NCBI GenBank assembly: GCA_032718475.1
Contig: JAUCBJ010008969.1
Location: forward strand, 1 to 38,257
Direction of reading: 5' to 3'
Length of the DNA: 38,257 nt
Origin: Nemertoderma westbladi
Taxonomy: Eukaryota > Animalia > Xenacoelomorpha
Part shown: positions 1 to 9,499 of the stretch, one piece after another
Position numbering within the stretch: the stretch's first letter is position 1
Layout: every line of letters begins with the position of its first letter
Made by a program: the position numbers and the translations under genes
The notes under the pieces: model-generated
What the model was told of the DNA's origin: nothing
Seen by the model: only the letters and a program-made list of their open reading frames with translations
Database searches by the model: none

Positions 1-407
1 AAATTTACACTAGGTGGTTATCTAAAAAATAGTGGGTTTGCAAGTCTACAGTAGTTGCAAGCGTAGCGAGCAGTAATATAGCTGATTACAGTCAGCGCTA
101 AGGGTACCAGGGTTTAGGTAAATAATTTCCCCCCTTTTGCATTATTAAATATTCTCACATTCAACATTTGTCCGCCTGACGAACTGCTTTATTTCTCTGT
201 GAAGGGTGAACAATTGGAGTGTTAAGTCACCAACACTCGTATTAAGTAGCTTGGGAAGCCAAATCAGATTTATTGTTTTGGTTGTTTCTGTTTCGGCTTG
301 TGTTTAGGGCAATTAGCTTGGTATGTTATAGTTTGATTAACCTCATTGTTTCATTCGAAAATACGAACATATCAAAAGGAAGAATCCCCTTTGAGATTTC
401 TTTAACA
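1..407 (+). repeat. 5' LTR of element 1 (3' part only)
   Basis: Direct repeat of 9093-9499; similarity stops exactly after ...TTTAACA. Confidence 0.92.
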
Positions 408-417
408 GTAAACGGCT
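408..417 (+). promoter_or_regulatory. PBS-position sequence GTAAACGGCT (non-tRNA; complementary to LTR site 8724-8733)
   Basis: Abuts the LTR end and lacks the TGG expected of a tRNA PBS; its reverse complement AGCCGTTTAC lies inside the LTR. Confidence 0.7.
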
Positions 418-1300
418 TTTATTTTTTTTTGTTCACTATTCATAGAGAATACAGTAATTCGTTAGGCTCTTAGGGTAAATTGTAAAATTAGTAAATTCAA
501 AATTAGTAGCTAGGTTTGTGAGAATTCAGTTTCGGCCAAAATTATTTATATAATAAAATTTAGGGTTTTAGTACCGGTATGTTGGATAACCGCTTAATTA
601 TTTTATACCATCTGGAGATACATGGCGAGATGGAACTTCTGATGCTGGGGTTTGTGTGGGTCTACGGGTTTGGTTCGCAATCAGCAACGAGTCTGAAGCC
701 TAGGACGCGGACGTGGAATCTCACAGCGAACAGGGTTAGTTGTTCTGTTGGTACCAGTGTGTTTGTGGAAGCAGTAAAAAATTACCGGTTGTTTGACTGC
801 GAAACTGAACTCAGTTTATTAGTTAGGTTAGTTAGGTTTAGCCGGCCATGTTGTTTTGGATCGCTCAGTTGGAGAGAGAGAGAGTGTCGCAACCTGAAGG
901 TGTAGCCACGCGCTAGTGGATACATATAATATTTAAAAATAAAATTACATTGATTTTGAGCTATATATAAAATTAGAAATATTTTGGGTGACAAATTTAT
1001 TTTTTTGAATTTTTGAATTAGATTCAAATTATTTTCGTGTCATACCGGTATTTAAATGCTGTATAATAGCTATAGAGCTACATTTTGTTTAAATATTATA
1101 GTGGTATTTACCATAATTATATACAATTAAATTCATAATATTTTTTATTTTGAATTAACAAATTTAATATTTGATATTTTGAGACCAAATAAACTATTTT
1201 GACAAATAATTTAATCGAAATTTCGATTAAATTAATATATATCTCGAAATTTTGCGAGATTTTAGCCGAAAGGCAAATAACTATATATATACTTTAAACA

Positions 1301-2197
1301 ATGAGTGTCTCAGAGAAGGAGGCACTAGAGGACAGCTATGAGACAGCGGCTGGACCGCCGACTGACGATAGTGTCAATATAACTGTTGACGACAATGCTG
1401 ACTATGACGACGCAGCGAGTGATGCTGATTTAAGTGAACAGGAGGACGAGATAGTAACCAGTGAAGAAGACCAAGGTGAGGTAATATTATTAGGGTCCCC
1501 TACTACTACTGTAAGGAAGGATGGCACACCAGCCCAACCCAAGGTGAGTGATAAGAAGGGGAGTTTAGCTGGGCCGAGAGCTCAAAGCCCGGTTTCCAGA
1601 CCCGTGGGTATGGTCAGTGCCGTGGTCCCAGTGGCAGTGAGGAGCACCCGGAGTTCCCGTAATAATCCCTCAAGTCCACCGAGTGTGAGTCAAGTAAGCG
1701 AAAGAGAACTGGACATCGCGATAAAAAAGAAACTTCGCGTGCATGCCGGACATATAACCCAGACGATGGACAAGGTAAGGACGATGTTAGCCGACTCTGG
1801 TAACATCGGAAGGGAAGGGTTAGTAGAGATTAGAAAGGGATACAACTCAGCGTTATTCAAGCAGACGGAGGAGCTTGCAGTCCTAGCGAAGAGAGCAGTG
1901 GAGTCCCAGTCGAGCGAAGTGGCGACGAGGGTTTACGACAGGGCTTTGGCAGCCTTGTTAGAGCACCGCGCGTTATCGGAGCGATTCCAACGAGTTAGGA
2001 CAGATAACTGGTTGCTATGGGCATCACAAGCGCAGGCGACTCAGGTAAGTGACGCAGAGTCGAGGAACTTAGTGGAGCAGGAAGAGATCCAAGAGGGAAG
2101 TTACCAGCTGGCTGATGCAGAGTGGAGTGGTGGTACCGGGCCAGATGCTACCGACGACGGAGAACATCCAACAGAGGACGTTAACTCCACCCGATGA
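1301..2197 (+). CDS. gag: N-terminal part of element 1 Gag (acidic/disordered then helical), out of frame with the main Gag ORF
   Basis: ATG follows an AT-rich leader; overlaps the +1 frame ORF (open from 2073); equivalent in position to the N-terminus of the element 2 polyprotein. Confidence 0.7.
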   Translation: MSVSEKEALEDSYETAAGPPTDDSVNITVDDNADYDDAASDADLSEQEDEIVTSEEDQGEVILLGSPTTTVRKDGTPAQPKVSDKKGSLAGPRAQSPVSRPVGMVSAVVPVAVRSTRSSRNNPSSPPSVSQVSERELDIAIKKKLRVHAGHITQTMDKVRTMLADSGNIGREGLVEIRKGYNSALFKQTEELAVLAKRAVESQSSEVATRVYDRALAALLEHRALSERFQRVRTDNWLLWASQAQATQVSDAESRNLVEQEEIQEGSYQLADAEWSGGTGPDATDDGEHPTEDVNSTR

Positions 2198-5100
2198 CGC
2201 ATCTAGAGACAGCGGCGATTCTCAGGTTAGTCACGCGCGAGGGAAGGTTATATGCGCTAGATCCCTTGTTTCTCACAACTCGGCGGAGGAGAGAAGACGC
2301 CGACTAGACGAACAACAGGCAGAGGTCTTGCGTGCATCGGAAGCACGGAAGGAAGCCGAGCGAGAGTGGGAGCGCACCCAGAAGTTAGATGCGAAGCTGC
2401 GAGAGTTGGAAGACATAAGTAAGCGTGAGCAAGCTGAGCGCAAACAGGAAGAACGCGAACTCCAACTCGAGCGCGAACGTGAAGAGAAGGAACTCCAGCT
2501 CGAACGCGAATGGGAAGCCAAGGAACGCGAACAAAGGAGACGCGAACTTCAACGCGAGCGCAAGGAGCGCGAACTCGAGCGCGAGAGGGAACGACGCGCA
2601 TTGTACGAAGAGAAAGCGCGACTGGAAGAAGAGAGCGCATCGAGACTCGCAAGGGAAGAAGAACAACGCAAACTGGCGCAAATTGAAAGTGCGAGACTAA
2701 ACTTAGAAAGCGAAGAACGAACAAGGAAGGCGAATGAAATTGCCGAAAGGGGGATGCGAATGATTGAAGAATGTGGGGCGAGTGTAGGTACCGAGTTGCG
2801 AGACCTGTTCTCACAGCAGAAGGCCGAACAGGAGGCGAGAACTCCGGTTATACGTGAGTCAACGGCGACCAGAATTCCTATACCCGGTCCAACTATTACA
2901 AGTACTCGGATCGCTAAACCGTTTTCTACATATCGCACGCCAGTTGGTATTAGTGCTTCACCCATCGCGCAGGATCCGCGCCATCAGGACGGCGCACTGC
3001 GGCATAGTTATTATCGGGAGAAGGAGGAGTTTAGAGAAGAAACTCCGAGAGGCCGAGTATTTGGCGAACCGAACCCGCGGGTTTGGAATACACGGACGGA
3101 TCGCCGACCCAGTTCAACGGAGAACTTCCGGGTTAAACCGGAAGAGGGATCATATGAGAGACAGCGGATTACTCAGATAGAGCCGACGATTCAGCAGAAC
3201 CCTAGCCAGGAATTTATTACGAGGGAGGAGTTAAGTGCCAGTTTAGCGCAAGCTATATCGCCGCACATCCAACCTATAACGGGCATGCTTAGTAACCTAC
3301 AGTTAAAGGAAGTGGCCCAGGTAAGAAGTAATTCTAATCCTAGCAGGCCTGAACTAGATATAGTCCAACCTAGTCAACGAGTACGCATATCGGAGGCAAC
3401 TATACCACAGAGACCTCAGGTAAGAACGCCCGTCCCTACGATCCACAATCCCGATTTCGAACATTCGGCAGAAAGATTTATACAAGAAGCTTGGGTCAGG
3501 GCCTCGGCGCATAAACCGACGCGAGCACCGAGAACCGACACAGACTCGAGCGATGAAGAGCAAGAATTGAGACGTCAGAAGTCCCAAAACCGGAAGGAAA
3601 GAAGGACCGACACAGAGCAGGTAAGGATGAATCCCCGGGAAGGGCCCAGACTCGACAACCCTGCAGAGTTGACCAACTTATTAATCCGGAATGACGCCAC
3701 CCTTCGGGATATTGGTAAGTTTGCTGCTAGGCAGGGATTGCCAGCGCAACAACCTCAGAGGTTTATGGGCAACCATAAACACTGGAGGACATTTAAGACT
3801 TATGTCAATGAGCAGTTAACTAACAGTACCTTTACCCCCAATGAAAAATTCAATTACTTATTGCAAATGCTCCATCGAGAGCCAAGGACCATTGCCGACA
3901 ATTTCGTCGGGAATGAAAATGCATTTGAACTAACAATGAAGACCCTTAGCGACGTCTATGGGAATAAAACCAAAATGGCACAATCAATAGTAGAGGATTT
4001 GGGCAAGGGTGGAAAAATTACAACACCGTTGGAACTGTTAAACTTGGCCAACGCCATTACAAATGCCCTAGATATTTTAAAAACAGTGAATCTACCACAC
4101 TATGGTGATCACGCTGAGGTTTTAAAGAGTATAATAAGACGCCTGAACTTTCGTTATCGGCAAAAATGGCGGAAATTAGAGAACAAATTGAAGGGTCAAG
4201 ATAAAGTGTTAACACTCAGACATATTCACGATATGATAGCAACCGACGCTATCGCAGAGATGAAGTCAAACTTCTCAGAGGAGAATATGAGAGAAACAAA
4301 ACCTGCTTTGGGAAGGTCTATGGTAAGTGTCAATGAAGACAGACAGTCTGTGACATTTAACACAGTAGACAAATATAACCAGAGTAACCATTCCCCCGCC
4401 TTGAGATCAGACTCGCGAGTCTGGTCAGGTGAGAGGTCAGAGAGACCTAGTATAAAGCAACAGGATTTGCCAGTTGGATTTGTGGGATGCCAGTTCTGCT
4501 TCTTAAAGGAAGTAAGGTCAGATGACCACAAGTTGGAAAATTGTAGGCGCTTCAAAGAACTGAGCTCAGAACAGAGACGGATTCAAGTGCGGACGTTAGA
4601 TACCTGTTGGGCATGTCTTGCTCCAGGTCATGTAAGACGCCAGTGCCCGAACAGTGGAAACGGATGTGTAGAGTGTGGCAGATTACATCATAAACTGCTA
4701 CACGCCGATTTCCATACTCCTACAAATCGTTATCTACAGGAAAACTCGGATAAAGTGAGAGGTAAGATAATAGCTACATCTCTATACTCACGCGAGTCCA
4801 TAGGTCCTCCAGACATAGATGTCTCAAGAAGAGATTGTAAAGACCATGATGAAAACGCTAGTGACTCGGAGGAGGAGTTATGTTCTGATAACGACCAGTT
4901 AGAACACAGTTATTACACTGAAACAGATAGTGATTATACCCCTGAGGATGATATCGAAGAGCGCCATTTCGGTGCTAAAAGTGGGTTTAACAGACACAGA
5001 ACGTTCCTAAGTGACTTCATTACATATACCTACATAACAGAGGGTCAGAACTTAGATAAGTCTCAAGTAGGTGTTGTGGTGCGGCCTAGAGACTCATTGG

Positions 5101-5645
5101 AGCGGCCTAGAGACCCATTGGATCGGCCTAGAGACTCATTGGAGCGGCCTAGAGACTCAGTGGAGCGGCCTAGAGACTCATTGGAGCGGCCTAGAGACTC
5201 ATTGGAGCGGCCAAGAGACTCAGTGGATCGGCCTAGAGACTCAGTGGATCAGCCTAGAGACTCAGTGGATAGGCCTAGAGGATCATTGGAGCGGCCTAAG
5301 GACTCATTGGAGCGGCCTAGAGACTCAGTGGAGCGGCCTAGAGACTCAGTGGAGCGGCCTAGAGACCCATTGGAACGGCCTATAGACTTCTTGGATCAAG
5401 AGACATACATGACCACAAGATCTGGAAGGGTTAGCTATGACATAAAGCCACCCCTACAGATTGCGCAAGGAGCTCCAGGGTCCCAGTTAGTAAGTAACCG
5501 ACAAGAAACGACCACACCAATGGAGCCTTCGGTTTACAAATCTGCGGATTTGGATTCGAAGATTCCGTCAGTGGGATTGCAATTGTCACCAACACGCATT
5601 GAGACAGGAGACTATAACTTGTCTTCTGCCTCAAAACAAAATTAA
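2115..5645 (+). CDS. gag: BEL/Pao Gag (E/R-rich helix, DUF1759-like capsid region, three Cys/His knuckles, heptad-repeat tail)
   Basis: FMGNHKHWRTFK...EKFNYL...LSDVYGN capsid-like region; CQFC..H..C, CWACLAPGHVRRQC, CVECGRLHHKLLH; no D(S/T)G protease motif before the stop. Confidence 0.88.
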   Translation: MQSGVVVPGQMLPTTENIQQRTLTPPDDASRDSGDSQVSHARGKVICARSLVSHNSAEERRRRLDEQQAEVLRASEARKEAEREWERTQKLDAKLRELEDISKREQAERKQEERELQLEREREEKELQLEREWEAKEREQRRRELQRERKERELERERERRALYEEKARLEEESASRLAREEEQRKLAQIESARLNLESEERTRKANEIAERGMRMIEECGASVGTELRDLFSQQKAEQEARTPVIRESTATRIPIPGPTITSTRIAKPFSTYRTPVGISASPIAQDPRHQDGALRHSYYREKEEFREETPRGRVFGEPNPRVWNTRTDRRPSSTENFRVKPEEGSYERQRITQIEPTIQQNPSQEFITREELSASLAQAISPHIQPITGMLSNLQLKEVAQVRSNSNPSRPELDIVQPSQRVRISEATIPQRPQVRTPVPTIHNPDFEHSAERFIQEAWVRASAHKPTRAPRTDTDSSDEEQELRRQKSQNRKERRTDTEQVRMNPREGPRLDNPAELTNLLIRNDATLRDIGKFAARQGLPAQQPQRFMGNHKHWRTFKTYVNEQLTNSTFTPNEKFNYLLQMLHREPRTIADNFVGNENAFELTMKTLSDVYGNKTKMAQSIVEDLGKGGKITTPLELLNLANAITNALDILKTVNLPHYGDHAEVLKSIIRRLNFRYRQKWRKLENKLKGQDKVLTLRHIHDMIATDAIAEMKSNFSEENMRETKPALGRSMVSVNEDRQSVTFNTVDKYNQSNHSPALRSDSRVWSGERSERPSIKQQDLPVGFVGCQFCFLKEVRSDDHKLENCRRFKELSSEQRRIQVRTLDTCWACLAPGHVRRQCPNSGNGCVECGRLHHKLLHADFHTPTNRYLQENSDKVRGKIIATSLYSRESIGPPDIDVSRRDCKDHDENASDSEEELCSDNDQLEHSYYTETDSDYTPEDDIEERHFGAKSGFNRHRTFLSDFITYTYITEGQNLDKSQVGVVVRPRDSLERPRDPLDRPRDSLERPRDSVERPRDSLERPRDSLERPRDSVDRPRDSVDQPRDSVDRPRGSLERPKDSLERPRDSVERPRDSVERPRDPLERPIDFLDQETYMTTRSGRVSYDIKPPLQIAQGAPGSQLVSNRQETTTPMEPSVYKSADLDSKIPSVGLQLSPTRIETGDYNLSSASKQN
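5082..5396 (+). repeat. 21-bp coding minisatellite, 15 copies (RPRDSLE)
   Basis: CGGCCTAGAGACTCATTGGAG unit, in frame within Gag. Confidence 0.95.
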
Positions 5646-6256
5646 TGCCAGAAACGCAGATTCACTTCATATGCATTCCTCATATGCAAATACTTGGAAA
5701 TGCATAGGAGCGGGTTTGTGGAGAATTGCGTTTGAAAATATGTTGGTGGGTATCAAATAAATTTTTTTTTGCATTTGAAAATTTGAAAGTTAAAAAATTA
5801 TAATTACAGTTGAACCCAAGACAAATTCAAACGTAGAATAAACATGTGAACATGTTTATAAGAGTATAGTATAGTAATTTTGAAAGTCGTGAGAAGTTGG
5901 AAGACATAGTATCTAAACACCATGGTTACGGCTATTATATTTAGGAGTGTAAATTGAGTTCAGTAGATTCCACAGATTGGTGCCAACAGTACAACAACCA
6001 AATGTGCTAAAGGTTAGTAGCACCAGCGACGTACACAGACCCCACTCAGTAGTTTGTAGTGGAGAGAGGTGTTCGATAATCAAACCCGTGGGTTTGGTAT
6101 AGTCGAGCGCCCCAAATAATGTCTGTTCTAACTACTGTATTCTAGTACAAGTATTTGGGGAGTAATTTGGGCATCAAAAAAGTGAGTCGGTCACGGCTAG
6201 TTTATCTCCAAAGTTTTTGCGCTATGCATGGGAATAGATATAGATGTTAGCTTAGG

Positions 6257-6986
6257 AATGAGACGGGATCTAGAGAGCCGAACCTGAACTGCTGGAAGGC
6301 GGGCCAGGTAGCTCGGGATGTCGAGCCAAGACTGGTATGGGCTTTATACCTCATTTATTGTCTAATTGGGTTTTAAGTTGAAGACGCAGAAGAAGTATGA
6401 GGAGGCGTACGGTGAATATAACACGCCGCCGGGAGCTGAGTTCAAATCCCATTTCAAGTGACAAGCGTTGGTATATTGGAACATTTGCGCACCACCTCGT
6501 GCTTCGTTGCAGTATTATCTATTGTTGGAATCAAACACGGTATCTTGCTTGATAACAGACATAGTCGCGAGAATTTTGAAGCACCATCCGTTGGTGTTTG
6601 GAGGAGCCCAGAAGAACGAAAGCGATCCGATGAGTAACCCAATGATAACCGTCGATTTAGCGGAAAGAAACCCCCAACGTCTGTTACATCGATGACTACG
6701 ATTCCGGATCCTTATATAGTGAGATTGGAACTCATACTACTCCTGCCTTAGTCGAGATGTCGATGTGAGTGCCGATGAGGTAAAGATACGACGCGAAAAG
6801 ACAATGCAAGCTGTTCCGACATCCAGTAGACTCGCGCCATCCATCCGTCTACTAACTATACCCACGATCCGCGATTTATACGATATTTTACTCCAAATTA
6901 TTTCGGGAAGTTTCGACGCACGTATTATTAAGCCCGAATATGTCCAATCCTTTATATATCATCGTCGCTCTGATATATACGTCTAG
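6257..6986 (+). pseudogene. Decayed accessory ORF in the env position of element 1, possibly spliced
   Basis: 6378-6986 reads in one frame (ORFs 6468 and 6765 are in frame) with four internal stops; candidate GT..AG mini-intron 6335-6377 joins an upstream exon in frame. Confidence 0.4.
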
Positions 6987-7720
6987 ATTTATTGCCCCCC
7001 ATCACAAGTGGATTTTAATATATGTTATACTTATTTTTCATTTGATTTAGTTTAGACAGAATTTTTTTTATATAAAAAAGAAGGCCGAAAAATATTGAAA
7101 GGAAATACTTTCACTTTGTAGTCCGTTGGAAATAGTAAATACTTTATACTATATTTGATTTTGTGTATATGACTTCATTTGCTCTAAAGTTTATTGAAAG
7201 AGGCAAAGGAAGTGATTGGGGAGACAAACCCGCGGGTTTGGCTTACTCCTTTCACTTACCTGAGCAATCATCAAACCAAGATGATTTGCGTTTTTTATAA
7301 GAAATTAAGTAAAGTCCGAAAATGAAAGAAATTATTACGTATTTTATATTTAATTTGATTGTCAGCCTTAAAACGCAATAATATTTAGTTAAACATTTAG
7401 CCTCAAATACGTTTTATATTTTAGTTCTTTTGTTATTATTGTTCTCTATAATTTGAGATGGGAAATGGGGGACATTGTCCTAGCCATGTTCCATTTCAAT
7501 AAGTAAATTGTTAATTTGTAAATATTTCGAAGGAAGTATATTTTGTAATCTAATTTGTATTTGTATGTAATAATTTATGCAGTAAAGGTAGCAATATTTT
7601 GTATGTATTAGAATTATAATAGAACCAGGTTTATTGATTTATTTGAAAGTAAATTTTATTTGTTATTCCACACCGCCATATTTCTTCTACAATTGGAGAG
7701 AAACATTACATGTTTCTCTT

Positions 7721-7727
7721 GGAGCGG
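7721..7727 (+). promoter_or_regulatory. Short PPT (GGAGCGG) of element 1
   Basis: Directly before TGTT; the same motif (GGGAGCGG) precedes the independently defined 3' LTR of element 2. Confidence 0.7.
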
Positions 7728-9499
7728 TGTTGCGATATATGGCGCTGTGTACAGAACAACCCGTTATACAGTATAAAATAAGTTAGATAAGTGCGTATTG
7801 ATGTGCAACCGTAATAATTCGATAGGGTAAATAAAAAATATACAAGTTCATTTTATATTCAGTCGATTTTATACAGTATGTAGCCCTATTTATGTCGTTT
7901 TATAATAAAACCCTGATATATTCATTTGCGGTGGCAAAATTCTTTAAAACAAAATATGAATTTTGCCGTTTTTCAATATCTATCGAATCTAATACATTTG
8001 TGCTAATTTTATTTACATATCCTTATAAATCGATGTTTGTGCTAAAATAACGCCTAAATTGTGCTTTTAATAATCGCCAAATTAAGTTGAGGCGATTACG
8101 TGCTTTAATGATTCTAAATTGAGTTCTGCCCACTGGTTGGTCGAAAATCCAGCTGAGACAACCCTGGATGTCGCCTGAATATGTGAGCAAATTTAGACTT
8201 TCCGTCATTCCTACAGTTTAGCAGTCTGGCAGTAGCCATCTTTATTCTTCGTTTTTTGCACTTCCGTTGGTTGTAAATGTTGCTGCTTTCTTCATACATT
8301 TGTGACTTTTGAATATGATTACTGCTTAGTCTGACTGTTGATTTTATATTTCTGATTGCAAATATAATTGGCGCAATGTAGTGAACCAAAATCAACGTTT
8401 GTTTCCTTCGACTGTCTGACTGTCTGATTGGGTTTTACTATGTTTGCGCCGTTACGGTAACTGCTCTCTTTAACATGTTGGGCTAGGGGTAGGCGCCGCG
8501 GGCAGCGGGCTCACTGTTTGGAAGCGACGGGAGAAGTTGGAGGATCCAATGCACGGCACTACCGGCGGGGCTGGTGGCTGCGGTTGGCTGAATTAAGTTT
8601 AGGACCGAGGGCCGGTCGCCATTAAGGCTGTAAGGGGCAAGGCGACCTAGATCTTGTCTCTCAGATTTGCTATTAGGCTAGCTAGGTTTAGGTAGAAAGA
8701 TCACATTGATCTGGGGTGACCTTAGCCGTTTACGCTAATGCTACGTTTATGCTAATGCTATGCTAATGCTAACGCTAATGCTAATGCTATTTATGTGTAA
8801 TGTTTTAGATAGGTGCTAGATATTTGATTGTTTCTGTTTTCTATTTATGCTTGTTAAATTACTGTTAGCTCCAATAATACGGTATTTAGGCTGTCTTTAG
8901 TGTAGCCCAGTAACGTAACTAATTAGCGTTACAAATTCTGGAATACCTAATAATTAGTTCGCAACCCCGTACATTTGAGTAAATGTAGTTTATGTATGAT
9001 AGTATTTAGAATAAAATAAGGACTTCGTACGCTGCATAGCGGAGAATAGTTTTAGTTATTTACACTTTGGAAATACAGAAATATCTTTGGACAAATTTAC
9101 ACTAGGTGGTTATCTAAAAAATAGTGGGTTTGCAAGTCTACAGTAGTTGCAAGCGTAGCGAGCAGTAATATAGCTGATTACAGTCAGCGCTAAGGGTACC
9201 AGGGTTTAGGTAAATAATTTCCCCCCTTTTGCATTATTAAATATTCTCACATTCAACATTTGTCCGCCTGACGAACTGCTTTATTTCTCTGTGAAGGGTG
9301 AACATTTGGAGTGTTAAGTCACCAACACTCGTATTAAGTAGCTTGGGAAGCCAAATCAGATTTATTGTTTTGGTTGTTTCTGTTTCGGCTTGTGTTTAGG
9401 GCAATTAGCTTGGTATGTTATAGTTTGATTAACCTCATTGTTTCATTCGAAAATACGAACATATCAAAAGGAAGAATCCCCTTTGAGATTTCTTTAACA
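7728..9499 (+). repeat. 3' LTR of element 1 (~1772 bp, TGTT...AACA)
   Basis: 3' end fixed by the repeat with 1-407; 5' end inferred from the PPT plus TG. Contains a GC-rich promoter-like block (8480-8650), CCAAT at 8546 and (GCTAAT)n-like repeats at 8734-8790. Confidence 0.78.

Larger units (their letters stand above)
1..9499 (+). mobile_element. BEL/Pao-family LTR retrotransposon 'element 1', non-autonomous (gag only, no pol); 5' LTR truncated by window start
   Basis: 1-407 is repeated at 9093-9499 (offset 9092; one mismatch seen near 213/9305), both ending TTTAACA. BEL-type Gag inside, PPT-like GGAGCGG before TGTT at 7728. No RT, RNase H or integrase motifs seen. Confidence 0.9.

Noticed and set aside
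273-473. Short ORFs duplicated in LTRs (273-473/9365-9880; 12527-12727/27153-27353)
   Set aside because: Duplicated only because they lie in LTRs; non-ATG starts, and the first pair crosses the LTR boundary
2257-2965. Antisense and alternate-frame ORFs over the Gag low-complexity region (likewise 23267-23765 and 5071-5385)
   Set aside because: Shadows of repetitive coding sequence
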